Translations under genes and position numbers: made by a program
The notes under the pieces: generated by a model
Database searches by the model: none
Told to the model about the DNA's origin: nothing
What the model saw: the letters and a program-made list of their open reading frames with translations, nothing else
Source of the DNA: a virus
Direction: 5' to 3' (one strand)
DNA: 64,000 bases
IMG/VR virus record: IMGVR_UViG_3300022752_002834
Location: 54,292-118,291 of that record
Shown: positions 9,644-19,039 of the stretch, in pieces
How positions within the stretch are numbered: position 1 is the first letter of the stretch
Layout: each line of letters starts with the position of its first letter

Positions 9644-11096
9644 TGTTTATTGCGTCTTGTATTCTTACCTTTACAATTCCTTCGTCATTAACCAATCCAG
9701 TATCACCCACTGGTTGATTCTTAAATTCATTTCTGGTCTTAAGCTCTTTTAGCTTTGCGTGTGAACCCTGCATAACCATATTTATGTAGTCGCCGTCATC
9801 TAATCCGCCACCATGCCTTGAAACAATTGGCACAAGTTTTCTATTACCAGCATTGGGACCGTCTTCTGCTAATTCTTCTGGGGATTTAATCTTAAAGATA
9901 CTGAAAGATGTACATAGCCAAATTAATCTATCTGAGCCAGAAACAGCATCCGTACTTTCCTTAGTTATACCATCACGATTTAGCTGCACGAAAGACAAAC
10001 ATGGAATATCTAGCTTAACACACAAGTTATGTAAAGATGTGATTTGAAAACCTAACGCTTGGTATTCCTGTATATTATTTGTTATAGAGCTTGAGGACAT
10101 TAGCTTGAGATAGTCATAAATAATCACACAGTTATTTGTTCTTCCTTGATCGTCCATCCTAACTTCTTGTACAACCCATCGCTTGATCAAATTAAGTATT
10201 TGGTCAAATGGGCGACCGGCAACGCTAACATAACTGTATGGTATAGACTCTAATTGCTTAACAGCATCCATTATCTTTTGATATTTGTCTTCATCGTCAA
10301 CAAATTTACCGGTTGCTATTTCATTAATGGGAACACCGCTTATGTTTGATAGCAAACGATTTAGATGGTCTTCTTTACTCATCTCCGTATCCAGCATCAA
10401 TACTGGAATATTTTTAAGAGCAACGTTGAGAGCCACATTATCAGCAAACACTGATTTACCAACTTTTGGTCTTGCTGACACAAGATCCACGCATTTACGA
10501 CGCAAACCACCACCAATTGCTTCGTCATATTTATTGAAGCCCGTGGGAATTCCTATGATGTCGCACTTATTATCCTTAAGAAAATCGACATATTGTTCTA
10601 TGCCCTTACCGATTTTCTCTGGAACATCGCCGCCATCGTCTTCTCTTAGAAAGTCTGTTACCGGATTTTCTAGTATTTGTATAATGTCATTAATAGACTC
10701 TGATCCAGAGATGCCATCTATATCTTTATGTATTTTCTCTGTGAGTTTTTTTATCTTGCGAGCAAACTCAAACTTCTTGATCTGCAAACCAAAATTGAAA
10801 ACATTGTCTTTCTCAACTGGGAAATCAAAAAGAGATTTTATGTATTTTATTTCTTGCGGTGTATTTATCGCTTCCGAAAGATTGAGCCTTGATGCAATAG
10901 AGAGTATGGATGGTATATCAACCTTTTGATCGTTTTTTACTATTTCTTCTATGCATCTAAATATAACTTGGTTATTATGATGACCAAAGCTATCAATAGT
11001 AATAAAATCCGATATAGATACGTAACCGTCTATACCGTGCTGCAACAATCCAGCAAGTACTGCTCTTTCGGACCCAATATCAGATAGTTTTTCCAT
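9624..11096 (-). CDS. dnaB: Replicative DnaB-like helicase
   Basis: SERAVLAG, ARPKVGKS (Walker A), DTEMS, YDYLKL, QLNR. Confidence 0.93.
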   Translation of the reverse strand: MEKLSDIGSERAVLAGLLQHGIDGYVSISDFITIDSFGHHNNQVIFRCIEEIVKNDQKVDIPSILSIASRLNLSEAINTPQEIKYIKSLFDFPVEKDNVFNFGLQIKKFEFARKIKKLTEKIHKDIDGISGSESINDIIQILENPVTDFLREDDGGDVPEKIGKGIEQYVDFLKDNKCDIIGIPTGFNKYDEAIGGGLRRKCVDLVSARPKVGKSVFADNVALNVALKNIPVLMLDTEMSKEDHLNRLLSNISGVPINEIATGKFVDDEDKYQKIMDAVKQLESIPYSYVSVAGRPFDQILNLIKRWVVQEVRMDDQGRTNNCVIIYDYLKLMSSSSITNNIQEYQALGFQITSLHNLCVKLDIPCLSFVQLNRDGITKESTDAVSGSDRLIWLCTSFSIFKIKSPEELAEDGPNAGNRKLVPIVSRHGGGLDDGDYINMVMQGSHAKLKELKTRNEFKNQPVGDTGLVNDEGIVKVRIQDAINNELVTD

Positions 11097-11097
11097 A

Positions 11098-11493
11098 TTA
11101 TCGACCTATGCACCTACTGCAACGATGATATTCCCCATATACATATTTGGGATCGGTTTTAAAAGATCTTCCACACACACTACATTCAACATCCATCTTC
11201 TTGTTTGGCTCTCTGCTTCGTGGCGTTCTAGCCCCATATTTTGTTTCAATATGTCTATCTTCGCCCTCGTCAACCCACTCATTCTTTCTGGCCTTCACCG
11301 GTTCTCTCCTCTTATTGTTTTTATTACCTTTTATGGAACTAACCCTAAAATCTTCTGTGATTTGATTTTTAGTTTCTTGTTTTACTTCTTCTGGAATATC
11401 CTTTAATGTTGTTTCGCCATTTTGCATAAGTGCTTCTAACAAAGCCTTCTTTTGGCTATCATTTAAGGTGTCGATAAAATCTTTCATACTCAT
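11098..11493 (-). CDS. Hypothetical protein with C-terminal zinc ribbon
   Basis: CSVC...CSRC. Confidence 0.65.
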   Translation of the reverse strand: MSMKDFIDTLNDSQKKALLEALMQNGETTLKDIPEEVKQETKNQITEDFRVSSIKGNKNNKRREPVKARKNEWVDEGEDRHIETKYGARTPRSREPNKKMDVECSVCGRSFKTDPKYVYGEYHRCSRCIGR

Positions 11494-11972
11494 GTTCTCT
11501 TACCTTTCTCTAGCAAAATGTCAGCTTTTCTTTTTAGTTCATAAACTTTACCATCTAATGCCTGTAGCCTAGCCTCTGCTATTTCCCTCATATTTTCCAA
11601 AGATGCTGCATAAGAATTAGATTGAGCCAAAATATGTTTCTTAGATTCGTGTTTTGTATACTGATTGAATTCTTGCGTATGTTTTACAATAAGCTTTTCC
11701 ATCTGGTCATGACACCAGCTTAAAGCAACCTTATTCTTATTGATTTCGTCTTGAATATACGTTGCATACCCATACATTAAATAAGCAGCATCGAATAAAT
11801 CTTGTTGGGTTAATTTCTTAAGCTGATCGGATGACAAATCGGAAACTAGCAAATATTCCTCACGAAATGATGAGAATTTGGTATTGCTACTATTTATGTA
11901 GTTATTGATTGCTTCTAGGTGTTCTGATAGTTTCTCAGACGCTTTTAATTCTTTGTCTCCACTCATCATCAC
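11490..11972 (-). CDS. Helical hypothetical protein, possibly a UvsY-like recombination mediator
   Basis: Coiled-coil character and position near recA; the function is inference. Confidence 0.45.
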   Translation of the reverse strand: MMMSGDKELKASEKLSEHLEAINNYINSSNTKFSSFREEYLLVSDLSSDQLKKLTQQDLFDAAYLMYGYATYIQDEINKNKVALSWCHDQMEKLIVKHTQEFNQYTKHESKKHILAQSNSYAASLENMREIAEARLQALDGKVYELKRKADILLEKGKRT

Positions 11973-12357
11973 TTTCTGAATATTTTAAGGTTATAAGATC
12001 AATCTCATTCAACTCACACCAAGCTATTTTATCGTCATCTCTGGCTCTGCCCTTTAAGAAGTCTGCTTTACTCTTATGAAAAAAAGCATTATATTCATAG
12101 TGCTGTTCTCCATGAACTTCTACTCCTAGTCTAATGGACGGGATGTAAAAGTCAAGATACAACACGGATTTTCTGTTTAATGCTGTGCTTCCCGGAAGCT
12201 TAACTTCTTCCAATATTCTATAACTATTATAGATTTCCTTTAATAAATTTCTAGCTCTGATATGATACTTTGATCTTTTTCTTTGATCGTTATTGAATAC
12301 ATCATAACCAGAAAGATTCCATACATACTCTTTGCCATTGATTCCGGTTACTTTCAA
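11935..12357 (-). CDS. Vsr/DUF559-like PD-(D/E)XK endonuclease
   Basis: LDFYIP...VEVHGEQHY...DDDKIAWC. Confidence 0.75.
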   Translation of the reverse strand: MKVTGINGKEYVWNLSGYDVFNNDQRKRSKYHIRARNLLKEIYNSYRILEEVKLPGSTALNRKSVLYLDFYIPSIRLGVEVHGEQHYEYNAFFHKSKADFLKGRARDDDKIAWCELNEIDLITLKYSESDDEWRQRIKSV

Positions 12358-13457
12358 TGCAACTCCCTTATCTTTTTGTAGATAAAATCTGATACAATTG
12401 GATTACTATTTAAGAAGTCAGCGACGTTATTTACGCCTTGAAATTTAAAGAATCTTTCTATGTCATCTGGAGTCTTACCTATCTTGTTATCGTCAAGCAT
12501 CTTGGCAATATCTGGATGAGTAGGCTCATCTACAGCACATTGTATAGTATACCAAGCTCCAGCGGATTTGATCAGTCTAAATTCGCAAGCTATATGAATA
12601 ACCTCTTGAACTTCATCAACACCAATTCCATACCTTATCCATCCTTCTGCGGTGCTGTTTGGTCTTCCGCCAGCGTTAGATGTTTTAATAGACCAATTGG
12701 CTATTTGACCAACGTGCTGTCCCGTATCTTTTGGTATCTGCCACTTTCCCCTGTGTGTAATGATCATGTTCGTACCAGCTTGATATTGTAACATGTTTCC
12801 ACAATCGGCCATTTTTTGTGGAGCATATGGAGATCCGCCAGTATTAGCAATATTGTGCGTAATACAAATAAGAATAGTCTTGTTCTTCATCAACGTTCCA
12901 CTAATTCTCTTAAAAAACATGGAGAGAAGTCTTGGTAGAGCATTACGAACACCAGTTCTAACCTCGCCCTCTAACTCACATGCTGGAACCATATTAGATA
13001 GAGAATCTGCTATGATCAAACAACCGGGATCATTATTGATATAGTATTCTATGATATTCAAAAAGTCTTCTGCCGATAATACACGCTCATCGGTAGACTC
13101 AATAATCAATATGTTATCTGGTTGTAGACCCTTAATGCCATCAAAGTTTTGCTTAGATAGTCTACCTTCGGTATTGACATAAATAACACGCTTGTTCTTT
13201 TGTTGACACTTGGAAGCAAAGTGTAGGGCAGTTGTGGTTTTTCCACTCTTTGGGTCGCCCGTCATTACAACAACAGAACCCTCCCTAAGACCGCCACCAA
13301 GAGCTATATCTAAGGCTGGAGATATACCAATCACTTCTAGATTGTTTATGTTTGCTAAAACTTCTGTTCCGCTACGCACAACATCGCCATATTTTGATAC
13401 AATAGAGCTACTAACGCTATCTTCCGAAAATTTTGCAACCTTTTTTACTTTACTCAT
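12354..13457 (-). CDS. recA: RecA/UvsX-like recombinase
   Basis: LDIALGGGL, GDPKSGKTT, NTEGRL, IIADSL, KSAGAWY. Confidence 0.92.
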   Translation of the reverse strand: MSKVKKVAKFSEDSVSSSIVSKYGDVVRSGTEVLANINNLEVIGISPALDIALGGGLREGSVVVMTGDPKSGKTTTALHFASKCQQKNKRVIYVNTEGRLSKQNFDGIKGLQPDNILIIESTDERVLSAEDFLNIIEYYINNDPGCLIIADSLSNMVPACELEGEVRTGVRNALPRLLSMFFKRISGTLMKNKTILICITHNIANTGGSPYAPQKMADCGNMLQYQAGTNMIITHRGKWQIPKDTGQHVGQIANWSIKTSNAGGRPNSTAEGWIRYGIGVDEVQEVIHIACEFRLIKSAGAWYTIQCAVDEPTHPDIAKMLDDNKIGKTPDDIERFFKFQGVNNVADFLNSNPIVSDFIYKKIRELH

Positions 13458-13987
13458 AGTTTCCTCAGTTGGTTCATCGATGTCTTTTTTGTATTATACC
13501 CTTGAGTCGATCTTGTTTCAACATGCTTGACTTCTTGTTCAACGTCAAGATTTATCTCTACTTTGTTTGACTTATCATCTATAAGCTTTTGGTGTTTTGC
13601 TATTACTTTTTCTGCTAATGGATTAACTTTATAGCCTCTACCATTTTGGATTCCAATAACTAGCAGACTATCGAAATCTTTGGATTTGATGGCGGATAGA
13701 ATAGCTTCTTCGCTGTATTTCTTTTTTAATTGAACAGCCGCACCATATTGTTTCTTCCAAAGCCAATGCAGTGGATCGCCCTTTGTCCAAAATTTGTACG
13801 AAGGCTTACCTAGATTAAGCTTTTCTGATCTTCTTATCACAATAAATTCTGCAACATAAGCTTCAAATGTACAATACTCACCCGTGTGAATATGTTTATA
13901 CTTATGTGTTTCAGACCATTGCTTTTGATAGTTTTGATTAAATAGTTCTGGTCGATTTGTCATTGTGATATATAACCGCTTCAGCAA
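13454..13987 (-). CDS. Hypothetical protein
   Basis: ORF in a tightly packed operon. Confidence 0.6.
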   Translation of the reverse strand: MLKRLYITMTNRPELFNQNYQKQWSETHKYKHIHTGEYCTFEAYVAEFIVIRRSEKLNLGKPSYKFWTKGDPLHWLWKKQYGAAVQLKKKYSEEAILSAIKSKDFDSLLVIGIQNGRGYKVNPLAEKVIAKHQKLIDDKSNKVEINLDVEQEVKHVETRSTQGYNTKKTSMNQLRKL

Positions 13988-14402
13988 AACATTCCTCTAT
14001 ACCATCCTCATTAGAAGAATCTTCAATTAATTCTGGAGTAATCCAAATTTGTTTCTTAACCTTATCGCCATGTATTTTACCGATAGTAAAACTGTGTCTT
14101 GTGTTTTCTCCCATTACCCCAACAAGAGATTTAACCAAGTATACACCATCGCAATCGGTCGTGTCAACCTCTATAGAGTGCGACCTATACTGTAGACCGA
14201 TTTTGTTAACATTCAATTTTTGAGATTCGCAAATATTTTTTATTTCGAACCAATCCTTGTAGGTTGTTAGATAGTATTCGTTGTTATTAGATAAGATTGC
14301 TCTTATCCAAATATTATACTTGTCTTTTCTATATTCTTGAAGCCATGCTTCGTATGATGATATGAGCGACATTATTCTTCTTTTCTTACAACTGTTACGC
14401 AA
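13938..14402 (-). CDS. Hypothetical protein
   Basis: ORF in a tightly packed operon. Confidence 0.6.
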   Translation of the reverse strand: MRNSCKKRRIMSLISSYEAWLQEYRKDKYNIWIRAILSNNNEYYLTTYKDWFEIKNICESQKLNVNKIGLQYRSHSIEVDTTDCDGVYLVKSLVGVMGENTRHSFTIGKIHGDKVKKQIWITPELIEDSSNEDGIEECFAEAVIYHNDKSTRTI

Positions 14403-14680
14403 TTTTGTTTGCTTGCTGGAACTCTTGCTTTTCTTGAGGCATCACCTAGTGTTGATGCATTTTCTGTCATAACCACAGAGCCTTTATGTTTAGCAAATTG
14501 TTCTCCAGCGGTTAATTGCTTTGGAGCATTTTCTTTTTGTGCTTTTGTGTAACACTTTTCTATAGACTTAACTGGTCTATCTAGATCGGAAGCGATTTCG
14601 TCTATGTCTTTTCCGGTCTTTGCGTGTTCTGCAACATAAAATAATTCAGCCTTACTCAACGGTCCTCTTTTACTAGCCAT
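14372..14680 (-). CDS. Hypothetical HTH-like protein
   Basis: IDEIASDLDRPVKSIEK resembles an HTH. Confidence 0.55.
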   Translation of the reverse strand: MASKRGPLSKAELFYVAEHAKTGKDIDEIASDLDRPVKSIEKCYTKAQKENAPKQLTAGEQFAKHKGSVVMTENASTLGDASRKARVPASKQNCVTVVRKEE

Positions 14681-15011
14681 CTATATAGCTCCTATTAGTT
14701 TTAGTCAAAAATATTCTATTTCTGGTTAAAAGATAATTGTTATAGTTCTCAAATGTTGTGCCTGACACTGGTTTTAATTCTGTTCTATTCCAAATTTCTC
14801 TACCAGCTTCTGGACCAAATGGATCTAGTGGCACACTGTTAAATATTCTAACAAAGTACTTGTTTTGAATTTTGCCATTACCTAAGTTTATACTTAGTGA
14901 CTTTGAATATACTTTTTCTTGTTTTCCATCTGTCATTTCTCCGCGAATATTAAAAAACGCTTCTGTTGTTTCTTTGGTAATTTTTTGATCGTGAGAGTCT
15001 ATAAATTTCAT
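14673..15011 (-). CDS. Hypothetical protein
   Basis: Overlapping start/stop with neighbours. Confidence 0.6.
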   Translation of the reverse strand: MKFIDSHDQKITKETTEAFFNIRGEMTDGKQEKVYSKSLSINLGNGKIQNKYFVRIFNSVPLDPFGPEAGREIWNRTELKPVSGTTFENYNNYLLTRNRIFLTKTNRSYIDG

Positions 15012-15364
15012 GTTTCACCAGTAATGATGTATTTCTTTTTTTGTTCCGGGGTCATTTTATTTATCTGTTTGCGTGATGCTTTACCTAGAGATGATAATGG
15101 GGATTCTGAATCTTGTGCTTTTTGTTTCATATCACTTTCTACTTCTGATCTTTTATAATGCCCCATATTCTTCCAGTTTTTATCAGCCAATTGTCCAATA
15201 GTTTTGGCTTCTTTTACAAATGTTCCAAGCCCACCATATATTACTCTAACGAGCGACTCTTGACTACATGATGGGCATTTGGTTAATGCTTCTTCGCTAA
15301 ATGACTGATATACATCGTTTAGCTCATTTTCACAACTATCACACTTATAATCATAAGTTGGCAT
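15008..15364 (-). CDS. FmdB-family zinc ribbon protein
   Basis: MPTYDYKCDSC...CPSC. Confidence 0.8.
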   Translation of the reverse strand: MPTYDYKCDSCENELNDVYQSFSEEALTKCPSCSQESLVRVIYGGLGTFVKEAKTIGQLADKNWKNMGHYKRSEVESDMKQKAQDSESPLSSLGKASRKQINKMTPEQKKKYIITGET

Positions 15365-15365
15365 T

Positions 15366-16067
15366 CTATTCCTCTAACGCGTGTAAAATCGCTCCTAATA
15401 TACCATTTCTTTGAATATCACTGTATTCAAGTTTGCACAATCCAACGCCATTGATATTATTTAATTTTTCAAGACAATAAGACAATCCGCTATCTCTATA
15501 GAGATCCGTTTGCTTTGTGTCACCATTGATAATTACTTTTGAGTTTTCGCCCATTCTTGTTAAGAACATTTTTATTTGTTCAAATGTACAGTTTTGAGCC
15601 TCATCCAATATCATATACGCATTATGAAAAGTTGACCCACGCATTGTTTCAAGTGGTTCAAATCTTATTCTTCTGGTGTTATAATATAAACCAAATTTAT
15701 CTCTTCCAAGGAAGTACTTTAGATTTTCTTCCATTGGCTGGAGGTATGGCTTTATCTTATCGTTTAATTCTCCGGGTAAAGAGCCGATGTCTCTGCCGGT
15801 GCAAACAAGTGGCCTCGTTACTATTATACTCTCAATCTTATCTTTTTCCAAATGTTCGGAAGCTATGCCAGCAACTATAAAAGATTTGCCAGTTCCAGAC
15901 GGTCCTGTACAGAACGTAATATCATTCTCAATTATTGATCTAATATAGGTTTTTTGATTTTCTGTTTTGGCTACTAATACGTTGTTTTCTTTTACTTTTT
16001 TCTTTTTATTTTTGCGAGAATATGGGTTGTTCGAATCGCTCTGTTGAATTGCCATATGGTTCTCCAT
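15366..16067 (-). CDS. phoH: PhoH-family ATPase
   Basis: GPSGTGKS, IGSLPG, MRGSTF, LDEAQN, GDTKQTD. Confidence 0.93.
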   Translation of the reverse strand: MENHMAIQQSDSNNPYSRKNKKKKVKENNVLVAKTENQKTYIRSIIENDITFCTGPSGTGKSFIVAGIASEHLEKDKIESIIVTRPLVCTGRDIGSLPGELNDKIKPYLQPMEENLKYFLGRDKFGLYYNTRRIRFEPLETMRGSTFHNAYMILDEAQNCTFEQIKMFLTRMGENSKVIINGDTKQTDLYRDSGLSYCLEKLNNINGVGLCKLEYSDIQRNGILGAILHALEE

Positions 16068-16788
16068 TATACGGAGGGGTTTTGTTTTTATACCACCAGT
16101 CTATAGATCTTATTGCGTCCTCAAACGACTGTAAATTTAGTGACTGTTTGAAGGAATTGATCCCGAAAGCACACCATACAACATTCCCCTTCACATATCC
16201 ATTTATCGGTTCGATTCTGTCCAAAGACGGACCATCCCACGATTGAAATCCATCTTGTTTCATAGAATTGTTCATAGGTATATTGGAATAAAAACATCGC
16301 CCACTTTGGCTATTCCATAGATTGATTAGATATTCAGAATCTAGATCAAAATTTATACCATTTTTTTCTGCTCTAGATTTAATTGTGCCAATGCGTCTTT
16401 TAATATAAAACTCAATATCACCATTTTCAATAGCATGTTTAAATCTAAGTGATCTGGATCTGGAACATTTTATAACAGCTTGTTCTTTATTGTAACATTC
16501 TTTACATAGCTTGGAAACGCCTCCAGACATTTTTCGACTTTTATTGAAAAAACTTAAGTCTTTCCATTGTTCACACTTATAACATCTCTTTGTATTTCCA
16601 TCTATTATTGGACATTTATGATTAGCATTTGCGTTTCTTCGTTCTCTATGAACGTTTGTGTGACAGTTATCGCATGTTACAACAATCTTTGAGTGAGATC
16701 CATTAGGTAAATCTGAAATATTATATCCAAATGTTGCAAATGTCAATTCTTCATTTATTGTGACTTTAGATAACATATTCATCTCCAT
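16006..16788 (-). CDS. Putative HNH-like homing endonuclease
   Basis: CxxC knuckles; CFYS...SLDRIEPINGYVKGNVVWC...NSFK, the same C-terminal family as 1767..2426. Confidence 0.75.
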   Translation of the reverse strand: MEMNMLSKVTINEELTFATFGYNISDLPNGSHSKIVVTCDNCHTNVHRERRNANANHKCPIIDGNTKRCYKCEQWKDLSFFNKSRKMSGGVSKLCKECYNKEQAVIKCSRSRSLRFKHAIENGDIEFYIKRRIGTIKSRAEKNGINFDLDSEYLINLWNSQSGRCFYSNIPMNNSMKQDGFQSWDGPSLDRIEPINGYVKGNVVWCAFGINSFKQSLNLQSFEDAIRSIDWWYKNKTPPYNGEPYGNSTERFEQPIFSQK

Positions 16789-16840
16789 ACTGTGTTAGTA
16801 TATTATATACTATTATACACATTAACTGGAAAAATGGTAT

Positions 16841-17290
16841 TTAGATTCCAGAGCTACCAAAGCCTTTATCTCCTCGTTGCGAGGAACCTAACGTTTCATG
16901 GACCTCCATAGTGACGCGAGGAACCTCTTGGAATATAATCTGAGCGATTCTATCCCCGGTAGATATACTAACATTTTCTTCCGAAGTGTTGTATAAGCAC
17001 ACCATTATCTCTCCTCTATAACCGCTATCCACTACTCCAGCTAAAATATCTATGCCGTGTTTAACAGATAGGCCCGATCTAGGCCAAATTAAACCAGCAA
17101 ATTGTTCTGGCATTTGTATTGCTATCCCAGTTCTGACAGTCTTGCGTTGTTTTGATGGTACTATGGTGTCGATGGCGGAATATAGATCCCAGCCAGCATC
17201 ATTAGTATTTGCTCTCGTTGGAGTTTTTGCCATAGAATCAAGAAGTTGAATCCTTATTATATCATAATCAAAAAAATCATCAACAATCAT
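16841..17290 (-). CDS. dut: Trimeric dUTPase
   Basis: AGWDL, PRSGL, GVVDSGYRGEI, DRIAQ, RGDKGFGSSG. Confidence 0.96.
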   Translation of the reverse strand: MIVDDFFDYDIIRIQLLDSMAKTPTRANTNDAGWDLYSAIDTIVPSKQRKTVRTGIAIQMPEQFAGLIWPRSGLSVKHGIDILAGVVDSGYRGEIMVCLYNTSEENVSISTGDRIAQIIFQEVPRVTMEVHETLGSSQRGDKGFGSSGI

Positions 17291-18366
17291 ATATCTAAAC
17301 CCCCTAAGTCTATTTCTTCTAAATCATTTTTACTAGCACCAATTTTATACGATGTTATTTCATGTTCTTGCGGTGCAACTTGTACAGACTCGCTATTCAT
17401 CCAAGGATCGGTCCATCCAGATATTGGATTCTTGCAGCCTTTATCGTATGGAAGACCTATGGTTTTTCTTCTGCTCATGCATAACCAATCAATGTATTGC
17501 GACATAACCTTTTCATTCAATCCTATAATAGATCCATCCTTGAATAAATATTCTGACCAAGCCTTTTCTTCGTTAGACGCTGACTCAAACATAGACACAG
17601 CTTCTTCTTCACACTCTTCTGCTATTTTTGTAAAGCCTTCGTCTGGATTATTACGAAGAATTTTAATAATTTCTTGAGTGTTATAAAGGTGTAAAGCCTC
17701 ATCACGTTTAATCAATTTAATAATGTCAGCATTACCTATCATTTTTTTGTTTTCTGCAAAAGCAAAAGCACATATAAATGATACATAGAATCTAACAGCC
17801 TCTAAAATATTGACGCTTACAAGAGTTAGGTATATCTGCTTTTTTATATCTTTTAGCTTGCCGGAATTTCCTATTTCTCTTAAAGCGTTGTATTCTTTGA
17901 TAGCTACATTAGCTCTTTTAAGAATTTCTTTGTCTGTTAAGCAGCTATCTAAAATTTCACTAGGATTATTGTATACATTTTTAATGATGTATGTGTAGCT
18001 ATAGCTATGAATTTGCTCAAAGAATTGCCAAACATTCATGCAAGCTTCTAATTCTGGATTAGAAACATACTCAGTAAGCGTTGGAACCCCACGGCAAATG
18101 ACGCTATCCATCATGGTTTGGTATTTTAGATTTGATGTAAAGATGAAACGCTCATTGGCTGACATTATATCGTCATTCTTGAAATCGTTTCTATCTTTTT
18201 TAAGCTCTATTTCTTCCGGTCTCCAGAAGAATTCTAGTTGCTTCTTATATAGATCAAAAAATACAGGATACTTGAATTTATCATATCTCTGTAGAGAAAG
18301 ATCTTCGCCCAAGAACAATGGTTGGGCTAAATAATCAACGTTGTTTTTATTCAAAATTGTTTTCAC
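17287..18366 (-). CDS. nrdB: Ribonucleotide reductase class Ia beta subunit
   Basis: FFWRPEE, FEQIHSYSY, LEAVRFYVSF, RDEALH, VAPQE. Confidence 0.95.
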   Translation of the reverse strand: MKTILNKNNVDYLAQPLFLGEDLSLQRYDKFKYPVFFDLYKKQLEFFWRPEEIELKKDRNDFKNDDIMSANERFIFTSNLKYQTMMDSVICRGVPTLTEYVSNPELEACMNVWQFFEQIHSYSYTYIIKNVYNNPSEILDSCLTDKEILKRANVAIKEYNALREIGNSGKLKDIKKQIYLTLVSVNILEAVRFYVSFICAFAFAENKKMIGNADIIKLIKRDEALHLYNTQEIIKILRNNPDEGFTKIAEECEEEAVSMFESASNEEKAWSEYLFKDGSIIGLNEKVMSQYIDWLCMSRRKTIGLPYDKGCKNPISGWTDPWMNSESVQVAPQEHEITSYKIGASKNDLEEIDLGGLDI

Positions 18367-19039
18367 TTTTAGAACCTTTTCTAATGTTATCCAAACCCCA
18401 AAGTGGTTGTAGATTTGTGTAATGCCATGCTAAGTGTAGTTTATTCTCTAGCTCATCTTGATCCTTTATATTTTCGAAGTCAAAAGAAGCAAGAGGTTTT
18501 ATATGGTCTATATGCCAGCCATCGGAATTTTTCTTATTTGGCCTCCCATAATTTGACCAAGACATACCATTATTGAATTTAGATTCTAAATACTGTTTAA
18601 ATTCTTCTATTGAACAGCCGAGATATTTTGTTGAATTTGATGTTTTTTGTATATCCTTTATACATCTATTAATACACACTCTAATATTGTGTATTATTTT
18701 TGTTGACCCGTCTTTTTGCCCCAAGATTTTTCGTCTTTCAGATTTTGATTTATATCTAGTTTTTTCATATGTCTGTAATTTTTCTATATTTTGTGACCTA
18801 TATTTCTTAGCATAGCTCAAGAGTTTTCCCCTATGTTCTATATAATAATCTTTAGTTTTTTGATTCAAGGCTATTTTATTTTTCAGATAAAATTCATTCG
18901 AAGAACTTTTTCTGCATTCTTTACAGTGGCTATGAAAATTATTGAGTTTCTTATGAAAGAACTCTTTCGTCATCGGTTTTATGACTCCGCAAACAGTGCA
19001 GGTTTTTTCATTTATATCGCACATGATCCACCAGCACAA
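18347..19039 (-). CDS. HNH homing endonuclease between nrdA and nrdB
   Basis: N-terminal CxxC pairs; WHIDHIKPLASFD...HYTNLQPLW...N. Confidence 0.85.
   Translation of the reverse strand: MCWWIMCDINEKTCTVCGVIKPMTKEFFHKKLNNFHSHCKECRKSSSNEFYLKNKIALNQKTKDYYIEHRGKLLSYAKKYRSQNIEKLQTYEKTRYKSKSERRKILGQKDGSTKIIHNIRVCINRCIKDIQKTSNSTKYLGCSIEEFKQYLESKFNNGMSWSNYGRPNKKNSDGWHIDHIKPLASFDFENIKDQDELENKLHLAWHYTNLQPLWGLDNIRKGSKSENNFE

Noticed and set aside
10285-10929. 214-aa plus-strand ORF and similar short antisense ORFs throughout
   Set aside because: Entirely overlap well-supported minus-strand genes.
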